DNA of 64,000 bases from assembly GCA_026387895.1 (NCBI GenBank), contig JAPLKT010000147.1, positions 14,625 to 78,624 of the forward strand, in the 5' to 3' direction. Positions 1 through 9,325 of the stretch are shown here, piece by piece. The first letter of the stretch is position 1. Every line of letters begins with the position of its first letter. The position numbers were made by a program, and so were the translations under genes. Source of the stretch: Gemmatimonadota bacterium. Its GTDB lineage: Bacteria > Gemmatimonadota > Gemmatimonadetes > Gemmatimonadales > Gemmatimonadaceae. Under the pieces are notes generated by a model that saw nothing but the letters and a program-made list of their open reading frames with translations, had not been told where the DNA came from and ran no database searches.

Positions 1-1
1 A

Positions 2-511
2 ATTCTGGCCGGCCTCGACTACGAAGTGCTCGACAATGGGTTTGAGTCGACGCCGGCCGGCAGAACTGACGTCCTCAGCTCCGCTATGATCCAAGGACGT
101 GCGGGATTCCGCCTGTTCAGTAGCTGGAACCTGACGATTCATGGCGATCTCCAGTTCGGCGGGGGTATCGCCACCATCAAATTCCGCGATCGAACTGGCG
201 GTGCTGGGCTCGCGCCTGCCACCAACCCAACCTGGGACGAAATCCTCGTCAAACCGGGCGCCGAGAGCGAGTTGCGCGGGAGGTTTTACTTTATCGCGCC
301 GGGCGTGGGGTTCGACTACATCTTCCTCACGGACGCCAAGAGCCAGCGCGGATTCACACTGGGCGTGCAGGTTGCCACCTCGCTCGCTCCGCACCGCACG
401 GCGTGGACGTACGGCGGGCACGACGTCTTCGGCGCACCCGATGGCGCCCCTGTGGGTGCGCAGGTTCGCGTCACGTTAGGCTATGGCGGCTTCTCCCTGA
501 AGAAACCGTGA
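2..511 (+). CDS. Hypothetical protein, C-terminal part (5' end lies outside the window)
   Basis: The frame is open from nt 2 through the GTG at 26 to the stop at 509-511. A Gly/aromatic-rich alternating pattern could fit a secreted or beta-barrel protein, but I recognise no family. Confidence 0.35.
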   Translation: MLAGLDYEVLDNGFESTPAGRTDVLSSAMIQGRAGFRLFSSWNLTIHGDLQFGGGIATIKFRDRTGGAGLAPATNPTWDEILVKPGAESELRGRFYFIAPGVGFDYIFLTDAKSQRGFTLGVQVATSLAPHRTAWTYGGHDVFGAPDGAPVGAQVRVTLGYGGFSLKKP

Positions 512-552
512 GAATGGCTGTCCGCGGGCTGTGATTGATGCGAGGTGGTACG

Positions 553-1737
553 CTACACGCGTGCCACCTCGTTCAGTATCGCGTCGAGTGCTCGCCCAAC
601 CTGCGCACACATCACGTCCACATTGAAATGCGCACGGGCGCGTGCCTCGCCGCGGGCTGCCATGGCCGCAGCGGCGGCGGGATGCTCTCGGAGTCCACGG
701 ATTGCCGCGGCAAGCGCAGGAGCGTCGGCGGGAGGCACCAACAGTCCGGTGTCGCCCTCGCTGATGATTTCGGGCACGCCGCCGGCGCGCGTCGCCACCA
801 CGGGGCGTCCGGCGAGCATCCCCTCGACCACGACGCGCCCGAACGGTTCGGGAAGTACCGACGTGTGCGCAATCACATTTGCGGCGCGCATCAGCGCCGG
901 AATATCGTCGCGAAAGCCGAGAAAGTGCACGCGATCGGCCATCCCGAGTTCCCGCGCTCGCTCGTGCTGCGCTGCCTCGAACGCGGTTTCGCCGAACAAC
1001 GCGGCACCGACGATCAGCGCGTGCACGCCAGGAAGTTCGGCAAGGGCCTCGAGCAATACCGGCTGCCCTTTCCACGGGTGAAAGCGCCCGAACATCGCCA
1101 CCACGAACGCATCGGCGGGCAGGCCAAGGGCGCGGCGGACCTCTACAACAGTGCCGGGAGTCAGTGCATCGAAAGGCGTCAGGTCAATGCCGTTGTGCAC
1201 CACATGCACGAGTGCTCGATGCCCACCGGCAGCCACAAACGCATCCGCAGTCGCGTGTGAGTTGGCGATTACCCCAGCAGCCCTGACGTTGGCTAACTGA
1301 GCGGCAGCCATGATATTCGCGCGGCTGAAATGCGGCTCCGCCAGAATGTCGCGGAGATGCCAGACTACGGGGCGCTGGGCAAGGAGCCCGGCCGCCGCCG
1401 CGACGACAAATGCCTTCTGCGAGTTAGCGTACAGCACGTCGTGCGCGCGCGCGCGCCGCGCCACCTTCTTGGCGATCGCAGCGGCATCTACCAGCGCGCC
1501 GAGCGACGGGAGTCCCGCGTCCTTTCGCACCGCACCAAGTGCACCGAGCGGTTCGACCTCTACCCGTACTCCCTTCGCGGCGAGCGCCGTGCGGAACGGG
1601 CCATCGGCGAGCAGCAGCACCTCAGCGCGTTCCCCGAACGACGTCGCAAGATCGAGCAACGACAACTCGGCACCGCCGAGCACGCCGGCGTGATCGACAA
1701 AGAGTATGCGGCGCTGGCTCGCTGAGGTAGCCGTCAT
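553..1737 (-). CDS. Glycosyltransferase, GT-B fold (GT4-like)
   Basis: C-terminal motif 'LPEPFGRVVVEGMLAGRPVVATRAGGVPEII'. Start moved from 1788 to ATG 1735-1737, which overlaps the upstream TGA 1734-1736 (ATGA). Confidence 0.85.
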   Translation of the reverse strand: MTATSASQRRILFVDHAGVLGGAELSLLDLATSFGERAEVLLLADGPFRTALAAKGVRVEVEPLGALGAVRKDAGLPSLGALVDAAAIAKKVARRARAHDVLYANSQKAFVVAAAAGLLAQRPVVWHLRDILAEPHFSRANIMAAAQLANVRAAGVIANSHATADAFVAAGGHRALVHVVHNGIDLTPFDALTPGTVVEVRRALGLPADAFVVAMFGRFHPWKGQPVLLEALAELPGVHALIVGAALFGETAFEAAQHERARELGMADRVHFLGFRDDIPALMRAANVIAHTSVLPEPFGRVVVEGMLAGRPVVATRAGGVPEIISEGDTGLLVPPADAPALAAAIRGLREHPAAAAAMAARGEARARAHFNVDVMCAQVGRALDAILNEVARV

Positions 1738-4700
1738 CGCTGCGTCGTCTCGTAGACGGTGCGGATCTGCGAGACGATGACCGGCCAATCGTAGTTTCGT
1801 CGCGCAAAATCGAGACAGGCTGCTGCATCCGGTAGCGGCAGGGCTCCAGTCAGCGCGCCGACAACGCCATCAGCGATCGACGCGGGATCCGTGCCCTGCA
1901 GGATGAGCGTCGATGAGAGTTTCTCCACGGCTGCCCTTAAGCCGCCGACCGGAGTGACCAAACAGGGCGTGCCAGCCGCAAGCGACTCCGCCACGATCAG
2001 CCCGAAACCTTCGAGTTCCTGCGTGGGGACCACGGTGAGTGATGCCGCGCGATACGCCGCAGGGAGATCGTCATCGGGAACGAAGCCCACGAGACGCACA
2101 TGGTCCTGCAGCCCCAGTGACACGATCTGGTGCTGCAGCTCGGCGCCGATTGGCCCACGTCCGGCAATGAGCACGAGGATGTCCGGAATCTGCGCACGAA
2201 TCGCGAGCGTCGCGGCGATGAGCTTGTCGAGTCCCATGCGGCGCGTGAGGCGTCGGACCGAAAGCACGATGGGACGATCCGTTGGCCAGCCGAGCCGTTG
2301 CCGACAGGATTCTGGCGAGTCGGTGATTGCATAGCGAGGCACATCCACGCCACCAGGAATGACATGGATCTTCTCGCGCGGGATGCCGAACTGCTGCACC
2401 AGGATGTCCGCGAACGGTGGCGAGAGCACGATAAACGCATCAGCGCGCGCGTAGATCCTTCGCTCGATGGTGCGTTTGGTTCTCACGACCAGGTTGGACT
2501 GCCGCTCGATTTTTCCTTCGAGCCCCCATGGTCCGTGAAAGTGGACAACGAGCGGATGATTCCCGAGGGAATTCAGCAGCGGCGCGGTGTACAGCGCAAA
2601 ATGTGAAACGACGACCAGATGAGGATCGGCGCGCAGCAACGGTTTGCCTAGGCGGCGCGCCGCAAGCAGGCGGTGAGCCAGCATTATGGAGTGGGGAGCG
2701 AATGCCTTAATCAGCCCCTGTGATTCACGGGCGACGCGGTCGGTGCCTGCGACGAGTCCGTGCACTTCGACGTTGACGTCGGGGAGATGGCGCGTCAGTT
2801 CGTAGTACACACGGTTCAATCCACCCGCCCTCTCAGGAAACCATTCCATGCCGAGTTGCAGCGTGCGCAGAGGGGCCGGTCGGGCGCGCTCGGGACGCTG
2901 CAGGAACGCTTCCATGCGCGCGTCCCGGTCGAATGATCGGTCGAGCACGAGTCGCGCCCACACTTCGAGCACGAGCATGGTCCAGATTTGCTCGCCCCAG
3001 TCGCGGACGCCGGTGGAATGCTCAGCCAGCACGCGACGCACAAACTCCGGGCGCACCCACCCGCGATCATAAAACGTGCGATTGTCGAGTGCGGCACGCA
3101 CGTACGGCGCCAACTCACCGCGCAACCATCGGGACGCTGGCATCACGAAGCCCCGCTTCCGACGATGGAGCACGAACCCAGGCACGTACCGCTCGGCGAC
3201 CGCCTTCAGCACATGTTTGGTCTGATAGCCACGCAGCCGAATGGCGCTGGGAATCGTCGCGGCGTATTCGATTAGTGCGTGGTCGAGGAGAGGCGAGCGC
3301 GCTTCGAGGCTGTGCGCCATACTCGCGCGATCGGCCTTTGCGAGGAGTTGGTCAGGGAGGTACGTCCGGAAGTCCCCTTCGAGCGCGCGGTCGACGTCGT
3401 CGACACCGTTCGCGGAATCCCAGACCGCGCGATACATGTCGTCGGGCTGCGCGCCGTCGAGCGTGGCGAGGAACGACGACTGATACGCCTCGCTCCGAAA
3501 GTCGCGAAACGCTCGATCGTACACGAATGCGTCGCTCGCAGACCCTGCACCGGCGCTCGCGAACAGGCCAAGCCGACGGAGCGGGCCGGACGGCGGCGTG
3601 CCGATAGCAGCGGCAAATCCACGACGCCACGCCCCGGGTATAGTCGCGCGGTAGGGTACCGTAGCGCGCGCCAACAGTGGACGGGTGTAGCCGCCGAACA
3701 GTTCGTCGCCACCGTCGCCATTGAGCGCCACCGTCATCCACCGACGTGCCGTTTGCGCCAGATAGTGATTCGGCACGATGGACACATCGGCCAGCGGCTG
3801 TCCGTAGTGCCAGACGATCGAGGGGAGATCCGCGACGAGCGCTGGCCGGAGCGTCTCTTCGTGGAGGCGCATCCCGAGTGAATCCGTGACGGCGCGCGCG
3901 TACCGGCGTTCGTCGAACGCGGGGTCATCAAAGCCGAGCGTCACAGCCTCGAGGGGGCGCGAACTCTCTTGGGCCGCCAGCGCGGCGACGAGCGACGAGT
4001 CCACGCCCCCGGACAAGAAAATGCCGACCGGAACATCGGCCTCGAGTCGCCGACGCACCGCCGTGCGCACGAGCGCGTCGGTATGCTCGACCACTTCCTC
4101 CTCAGACTCAGCCGTCTTTTGCGCGTACGACACGCTCCAGTACCGCTCAATCCGGCAGTCGTCGCGATCGGCGTGAAACTCGAGAAAGTGCGCCGGCAGG
4201 AGCTGGCGCACCCCTCGGAAAATTGAGAGCGGCGCGGGCACGCTTTGGTACACAAGAAACGCGTCGATAGCCACCGGATCGACCGCTGGCATTCCTGGCA
4301 GCAACGCCGTCAGCGCATTGAGTGTCGAGGCGAAGTGCATCGTGCGGCCATCGCGGTGAAAAAAGAATGGCTTCTTCCCGACGCGATCGCGCGCGGCGAA
4401 CAGCGTGCGCGTCGATGCGTCCCAAATGGCGAACGCGAACATCCCGTCGAGACGGCGGACGAGCCCTTCTCCACCCCATCGGCGATACCCATGGAGCAGG
4501 ACCTCGAAATCAGTTCCTGAGGTGAACACACATCCGGGTTCGAGTTCCTTGCGCAGGTCGCGATGATTGTAAATCTCGCCATTGAAGACGAGGACCAGCG
4601 TGCCGTCCGCACTCACCATCGGCTGGTGTCCAGCAGCAGACAGATCGATAATCGAGAGTCGCCGCGCCCCAATGCAGGCGCGATCACTGCTCCACACCCC

Positions 4701-4802
4701 GGCATCATCGGGACCGCGATGCCACATCAGGTCGCGCGCGACTACCAGCCGATCGCGGAACTCGGCGGCCCCCTCACGCACCACGCCAATGATGCCGCAC
4801 AT
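1734..4802 (-). CDS. Fusion protein: AsnB-like glutamine amidotransferase (N-terminal ~640 aa) + GT4-like glycosyltransferase (C-terminal ~370 aa)
   Basis: Begins 'MCGIIG' (Cys2 nucleophile of class-II GATase) and carries the 'SGGVDSS' PP-loop. The frame then continues without a stop into a GT-B domain ('LQLGMEWFPERAGGLNRVYYEL' ... 'TQELEGFGLIVAESLAAGTPCLVTPVGG'). 1022 codons. Confidence 0.85.
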   Translation of the reverse strand: MCGIIGVVREGAAEFRDRLVVARDLMWHRGPDDAGVWSSDRACIGARRLSIIDLSAAGHQPMVSADGTLVLVFNGEIYNHRDLRKELEPGCVFTSGTDFEVLLHGYRRWGGEGLVRRLDGMFAFAIWDASTRTLFAARDRVGKKPFFFHRDGRTMHFASTLNALTALLPGMPAVDPVAIDAFLVYQSVPAPLSIFRGVRQLLPAHFLEFHADRDDCRIERYWSVSYAQKTAESEEEVVEHTDALVRTAVRRRLEADVPVGIFLSGGVDSSLVAALAAQESSRPLEAVTLGFDDPAFDERRYARAVTDSLGMRLHEETLRPALVADLPSIVWHYGQPLADVSIVPNHYLAQTARRWMTVALNGDGGDELFGGYTRPLLARATVPYRATIPGAWRRGFAAAIGTPPSGPLRRLGLFASAGAGSASDAFVYDRAFRDFRSEAYQSSFLATLDGAQPDDMYRAVWDSANGVDDVDRALEGDFRTYLPDQLLAKADRASMAHSLEARSPLLDHALIEYAATIPSAIRLRGYQTKHVLKAVAERYVPGFVLHRRKRGFVMPASRWLRGELAPYVRAALDNRTFYDRGWVRPEFVRRVLAEHSTGVRDWGEQIWTMLVLEVWARLVLDRSFDRDARMEAFLQRPERARPAPLRTLQLGMEWFPERAGGLNRVYYELTRHLPDVNVEVHGLVAGTDRVARESQGLIKAFAPHSIMLAHRLLAARRLGKPLLRADPHLVVVSHFALYTAPLLNSLGNHPLVVHFHGPWGLEGKIERQSNLVVRTKRTIERRIYARADAFIVLSPPFADILVQQFGIPREKIHVIPGGVDVPRYAITDSPESCRQRLGWPTDRPIVLSVRRLTRRMGLDKLIAATLAIRAQIPDILVLIAGRGPIGAELQHQIVSLGLQDHVRLVGFVPDDDLPAAYRAASLTVVPTQELEGFGLIVAESLAAGTPCLVTPVGGLRAAVEKLSSTLILQGTDPASIADGVVGALTGALPLPDAAACLDFARRNYDWPVIVSQIRTVYETTQR

Positions 4803-5987
4803 CTAGCGGGTCCTCATCGCACGTGGCGACCGCCGCCCTTCGTCAGCAGCGCGCGTGAACACGGCGAACTGTTCGTCGGCAATCCGATCCCAGTCGTAGC
4901 GTGCCGCGCTCTGCACGGCAGCGGCGGACATGTCCACGAGTAACGCGTGATCGTCGCGCAAGCACAGCAACTTCTCGCGCAGTGCGTCGGGCCCGACAGG
5001 CACGAGCCATCCATTCTCCCCGGGTGCGACGAGCTCCTCGGTGCCGTGTATCGCGTGGGCAATGATCGGTAATCCTGCAGCGGCCGCCTCGAGCGTCACG
5101 AGGGAGAATGCCTCGTAGCGCGAGGGAAAAACGAAACAGTCGCACGCCGCGTAGCACTGCTCCGGCGTGGACGACGGCGGAACAAAGATCACGTGCGCTC
5201 CAGCACCAACGCGCGCGGCATAGGCACCAAACGCCGCGACATCACCGTGTCCCAGCACCACGAGGTGCGCATCGCGAACCCCCGCAACCGCGGCGATGGC
5301 ATCGCGGACCCCTTTGCGTTCCCAGTCACCGCCAACAAACAGGGCGAGAAACGCATCAGTTGGCAGCCCAAGCTTGGTCCGCAGAGCCGCCTTCGCCGCC
5401 GAGTCCGCCGCCGGCCGGAAGACCGAGCGATCCACCCCGTTTGGCACCACGGTGATTCGCTCCTCAGCGACGCCGTAATACTCATGCAACTCGCGCGCGG
5501 TCCCCTGCGACACGGCAATCACCCGCTTCAGGCGCGCGGAGCCATACGCCTGGCGTTCCTCAGCAACAAAACGCGCGCCCGACACCCGCTGATAGAGCGC
5601 CCGTACCCCCCGCCCACCGCGGAGCCCGCCGAAGCGTGCCAGAAACGCCGCATGACAGAACTGCGCGGTAATGACATCGGCATCGAGGGCGGCCGCCCCA
5701 ATCGCATTCGTAATCGTCGCGCCGACCCGCGTCTCGAGGGCACGAGCCGCACGCGCAAACGCCCAGGTGCGCAACACGGCCGGGCGCTGGGGCGCTGACA
5801 CCCGCTCGAATCGGACCGGCGTGCCAGGCATATCGCAGTCACTGGCAATGACCGTGACCGGAATACGCCGTGCGACACGCGACAGCACCTCCGCCGCGGC
5901 CCGCTCCATTCCCCCGCGCCGGTGAACCCCGTGCGCCACAAAGGCGAGGGAAAAGGGTCCCTGATCAGGACGAGGGGCAGCAGTCAT
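4803..5987 (-). CDS. Glycosyltransferase, GT4-like
   Basis: 'FPSRYEAFSLVTLEAAAAGLPIIAHAIHGTEELV'. Its TAG (4803-4805) abuts the ATG (4800-4802) of the next gene. Confidence 0.85.
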   Translation of the reverse strand: MTAAPRPDQGPFSLAFVAHGVHRRGGMERAAAEVLSRVARRIPVTVIASDCDMPGTPVRFERVSAPQRPAVLRTWAFARAARALETRVGATITNAIGAAALDADVITAQFCHAAFLARFGGLRGGRGVRALYQRVSGARFVAEERQAYGSARLKRVIAVSQGTARELHEYYGVAEERITVVPNGVDRSVFRPAADSAAKAALRTKLGLPTDAFLALFVGGDWERKGVRDAIAAVAGVRDAHLVVLGHGDVAAFGAYAARVGAGAHVIFVPPSSTPEQCYAACDCFVFPSRYEAFSLVTLEAAAAGLPIIAHAIHGTEELVAPGENGWLVPVGPDALREKLLCLRDDHALLVDMSAAAVQSAARYDWDRIADEQFAVFTRAADEGRRSPRAMRTR

Positions 5988-6043
5988 CCAAGCAAGATCG
6001 GCCCCGGACCTGCCCAGTCAAGGCACAGCGGGGATAACTTTCG

Positions 6044-6928
6044 GTGTGCCGCTCCCCAGCCGCCCTCGCCGGCCGGGCCCACGACCGTCCCTACCCCCGG
6101 ACCGTGCCTCCTCAGCTCTACACAATCCGACCGTTCAACAGCCGCCTGCTCCCCGATTTCAGGGAGCTCTGGAGGTACCGCGAATTGGTCTGGACCTTTG
6201 CGGCCCGCGATCTCCGACTGCGGTATCGCCAAACAGTGCTCGGCGTGCTCTGGGTGGTGATGCAGCCGATAATCGCGGCAGGGCTTTTCACCTTTGTGTT
6301 CGGCAAGATCGCCAAGCTGGATGACGGCGACGGGCGGTACTTCCTGCTGGCCTTTGCCGGCTATGCGGGATTCCAAGTCTTTCAGTCTACGCTCGCGAAA
6401 GCGGGGTCGTCGCTGCTCGCGAACGCGAATGTCCTGACCAAAGTGTACTTCCCACGGCTCGTGCTCCCGCTGTCGGGGATCCTCTCGACGCTCGTCGATC
6501 TCGGCATCGCGCTCGTGGTATTCGTCGGGACCGCCCTGCTGAAGGGCGTGACCATCGGATGGGCCGTGCTCTTGTTCCCGTGCTGGGTGCTGCTGGCGCT
6601 TCTCCTCGGACTCGGGGCCGGCCTGCTGGTGGCTGCGTGGAGTGTGCGGTTCCGCGACGTACAACACGTGCTGCCTTTTGTCATGCAGTTGCTCGTGTAC
6701 GCGACGCCGGTCGGCTACGCGACGTCCAAGGTTCCGGCCGCCTTCCAGAAGTACCTGGCCATGAATCCGCTCACCGGACTGATGGACGGCATTCGCTGGA
6801 GCCTGCTCGGGATGCACGCGCCATCGGTGGGTGCTCTGGTGTGGCTGTGTTCGGTGACCCTGTTCGCGTTGCTCGCGGGACTCGTGGTGTTCAACCGTTT
6901 CGAGCAGGATCTTGCCGATGTCATCTGA
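6044..6928 (+). CDS. wzm: ABC-2 type polysaccharide/O-antigen export permease (Wzm-like)
   Basis: 'FRELWRYRELVWTFAARDLRLRYRQTVLGVLWVVMQP' followed by about 6 hydrophobic segments. The start is uncertain: GTG 6044 or in-frame GTG 6104. Confidence 0.85.
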   Translation: MCRSPAALAGRAHDRPYPRTVPPQLYTIRPFNSRLLPDFRELWRYRELVWTFAARDLRLRYRQTVLGVLWVVMQPIIAAGLFTFVFGKIAKLDDGDGRYFLLAFAGYAGFQVFQSTLAKAGSSLLANANVLTKVYFPRLVLPLSGILSTLVDLGIALVVFVGTALLKGVTIGWAVLLFPCWVLLALLLGLGAGLLVAAWSVRFRDVQHVLPFVMQLLVYATPVGYATSKVPAAFQKYLAMNPLTGLMDGIRWSLLGMHAPSVGALVWLCSVTLFALLAGLVVFNRFEQDLADVI

Positions 6929-8162
6929 CCAGTTCGCGCTGCGCGCGCAGGGGATCGGCAAACAGTACGACCTCAGTGCGCACACCTCTTCGGCCACCAC
7001 CATGGCCGAGGCCGTGGTGGATCGGGTCCGTGGTCGCACGCGGCGCGATCCACAGATGTTGTGGGCGCTCGACGATGTGAGTTTCGATATCGAGGCTGGC
7101 GCTGCGTATGGCATCATCGGTCGCAATGGCGCTGGCAAGAGCACGTTGCTCAAGATCCTGAGTCGCATTACGCGCCCGACGCGCGGCGAGGTAGAGGTCC
7201 GCGGTCGTGTTGGCAGCCTGCTCGAGGTCGGGACGGGATTCCATCCCGAGTTGACGGGACGCGAAAACATCTTTCTCAATGGCGCGATCCTTGGGATGCG
7301 CCGCCGTGAGATTGTGCGGCAGTTCGACGCGATTGTCGCCTTCGCGGAAACTGAAGCATTTCTCGACGTGCCCGTGAAGCGGTACAGCAGCGGGATGTAC
7401 GTGCGCTTAGCCTTCGCCGTGGCGGCGCATCTCGAGCCCGACATCTTGATTGTCGACGAAGTGCTCGCCGTCGGCGACGCCGCGTTCCAGAAGAAATGCC
7501 TCGGCAAGATGGGGGATGTCACGCGTCAGGACGGTCGCACCGTATTGCTCGTGAGTCACAACCTGGTGGCGGTCACGGGGCTGTGCTCGCGTGCGATGTT
7601 GCTCGATCAAGGACGTCTCGTGAGCGAGGGGCCGGTGCACACCGTCGCGGCAGATTATATGCGATCGCTCGAGCAGCACGGCGCCAACGATCTCGCAACC
7701 CGAACCGACCGGAGTGGCACGGGCAAGCTCAAACTCACGAGTGTTCGCGTGTCTGGGCCGACACTCCACGCGCCGGTGCAGTCGGGTGAGGACGCGGTTA
7801 TTTCCATCGGATACGAAACCGCCGACGGGAAGCCCGCACGGAATGTGTGCTTCTCCTGTGGGATCCGCGGGGCATTCGACGAACGCCTCTTCCACCTGTC
7901 GACAGCGTTCGCGGGCGAAGATTTTCCTGTGGTGCCCGCTACGGGCGTTGTCCACTGTCGCATCGCGCGGCTCCCGCTGCAGCCCGGCAGTTATCGTCTC
8001 GCCCTCTTCACGATGACTGCGCAGGAGGTCACAGACTACGTACCTCACGCCGGGGGGCTCGATGTCGAGGCGGGGGACTTCTTCGGATCAGGGCGACTGC
8101 CGCCCTTAGACGAAGGACAGCTCTTGGTTGGTCACGACTGGAAAATCGACTCCGCGGAGTAG
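6912..8162 (+). CDS. wzt: ABC polysaccharide export ATP-binding protein (Wzt-like) with an extra C-terminal ~150-aa domain
   Basis: Walker A 'GRNGAGKSTLLKIL', signature-like 'YSSGMYVRLAFAVA', Walker B 'ILIVDEVLAVGD'. A beta-rich C-terminal extension (about nt 7704-8162) resembles Wzt carbohydrate-binding domains. Confidence 0.85.
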   Translation: MPMSSDQFALRAQGIGKQYDLSAHTSSATTMAEAVVDRVRGRTRRDPQMLWALDDVSFDIEAGAAYGIIGRNGAGKSTLLKILSRITRPTRGEVEVRGRVGSLLEVGTGFHPELTGRENIFLNGAILGMRRREIVRQFDAIVAFAETEAFLDVPVKRYSSGMYVRLAFAVAAHLEPDILIVDEVLAVGDAAFQKKCLGKMGDVTRQDGRTVLLVSHNLVAVTGLCSRAMLLDQGRLVSEGPVHTVAADYMRSLEQHGANDLATRTDRSGTGKLKLTSVRVSGPTLHAPVQSGEDAVISIGYETADGKPARNVCFSCGIRGAFDERLFHLSTAFAGEDFPVVPATGVVHCRIARLPLQPGSYRLALFTMTAQEVTDYVPHAGGLDVEAGDFFGSGRLPPLDEGQLLVGHDWKIDSAE

Positions 8163-8206
8163 AGCCACACAACGCGACGCGTGAGTCGTACAACGCAATG
8201 TGTGCA

Positions 8207-9325
8207 TCAGCGCGATTCGCTGACCAACTCCCGTACCGCCTGCACCACCGCGTACGCGTAGCGCGATTCCGCAAAGTCCTGCGCGCGCGCGACGGCGTTC
8301 GCACCACATGACCCGGCGAGCACAGGATCATCGAGGAAGCGTGTGACCGCGCGCGCGAGGGCGGCGCTGTCGCCGTAGGGGGCGAGGAGTCCGTCCGCGC
8401 CGTCGGTAATCACTTCAGCCGGACCGCCAGCGGCGCCGGCGATGACCGGTTTCCCGAGCGCCATCGCCTCAATCACCACGATGCCGAACGGTTCGCGATC
8501 CGAGGCATGCACCACGACATCCATCGCCTGCATCCAGCGGGGAATCTCGCGCTGGAACCCGGCGATCGTCACATGCGCACCCACTCCGAGCCGTTCGATC
8601 TGCGCCGCGAGTGCTCGCGGGTATTCCGGTTCGGTCTCATGCGCGCCGCCCACAATCACCAGATGTGCGCCTGGGTGCGCGGCGAGCACCCTCGGCATCG
8701 CCTCGATTACGACGTGCATCCCTTTCCAACGCTGCAACCGGCCAACGATGCCAATGAGTGGTCCGTGCGGTGGCAACCCGAGTTCGGCGCGAAGCTCGCG
8801 TGCGCTCGGGAGTTTTGACGAATCGTATTTCTCGATCGACACCCCGGGGTACACGAGTCGCTGCGGGCGTCGCGGGCGCAGCGCGCGCTGAGCTGCAGCT
8901 CCTGCGTGCGAGAGCACAATCACTCCGCGAGCGGGAAGCATCGTCGCCACGCGATCCAGCAGGTCACCACTCGGCAATCCGACTTGATACCAGACGGCGG
9001 GGATTCCAGTCAGCAGCGACGCCACTCCCACCATCGGCTGTGCGGCGACCATCCACGCGAGCAGCACGTCGGCATGCACCTCGCGCGCAATCGCGACGAT
9101 GCGTTGCACGGCGGCCCAGCGCCGGCGCAGCTCGCGGAAGCGTCCAGCCTCGACGACGCGCACGTCATGCCCCTGCGCACGTGCCTCGGCTACCATCGGG
9201 CCGTCGCGCAGGAAGATTACGGTGAAGGCGACATCAGGAGCGTGGGGCTGTCGCAGCAGCTGTGTGAGCATCAGCTCACCACCCCCCAGCTGCCGACCGA
9301 GCGGCATCACGACGACAATCCTCAC
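8207..9325 (-). CDS. Glycosyltransferase, GT4-like
   Basis: 'SDREPFGIVVIEAMALGKPVIAGAAGGPAEV'. Start set to GTG 9323-9325, overlapping the upstream TGA 9322-9324 (GTGA). The track start at 9496 would overlap the upstream gene by 175 nt. Confidence 0.8.
   Translation of the reverse strand: MRIVVVMPLGRQLGGGELMLTQLLRQPHAPDVAFTVIFLRDGPMVAEARAQGHDVRVVEAGRFRELRRRWAAVQRIVAIAREVHADVLLAWMVAAQPMVGVASLLTGIPAVWYQVGLPSGDLLDRVATMLPARGVIVLSHAGAAAQRALRPRRPQRLVYPGVSIEKYDSSKLPSARELRAELGLPPHGPLIGIVGRLQRWKGMHVVIEAMPRVLAAHPGAHLVIVGGAHETEPEYPRALAAQIERLGVGAHVTIAGFQREIPRWMQAMDVVVHASDREPFGIVVIEAMALGKPVIAGAAGGPAEVITDGADGLLAPYGDSAALARAVTRFLDDPVLAGSCGANAVARAQDFAESRYAYAVVQAVRELVSESR

Noticed and set aside
5984-7522. 512-aa minus-strand ORF. 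Similar long antisense ORFs occur at 12124-13092 (+), 33665-34870 (+), 35585-36568 (+), 36662-37825 (-), 37877-38941 (-), 39275-40489 (-), 40897-42078 (-), 46429-47325 (-) and 53072-54217 (-).
   Set aside because: All lie antisense to genes with clear family motifs. They are Arg/Pro/His-rich with no recognisable domains. This is the usual stop-codon-poor antisense frame artefact of high-GC DNA.
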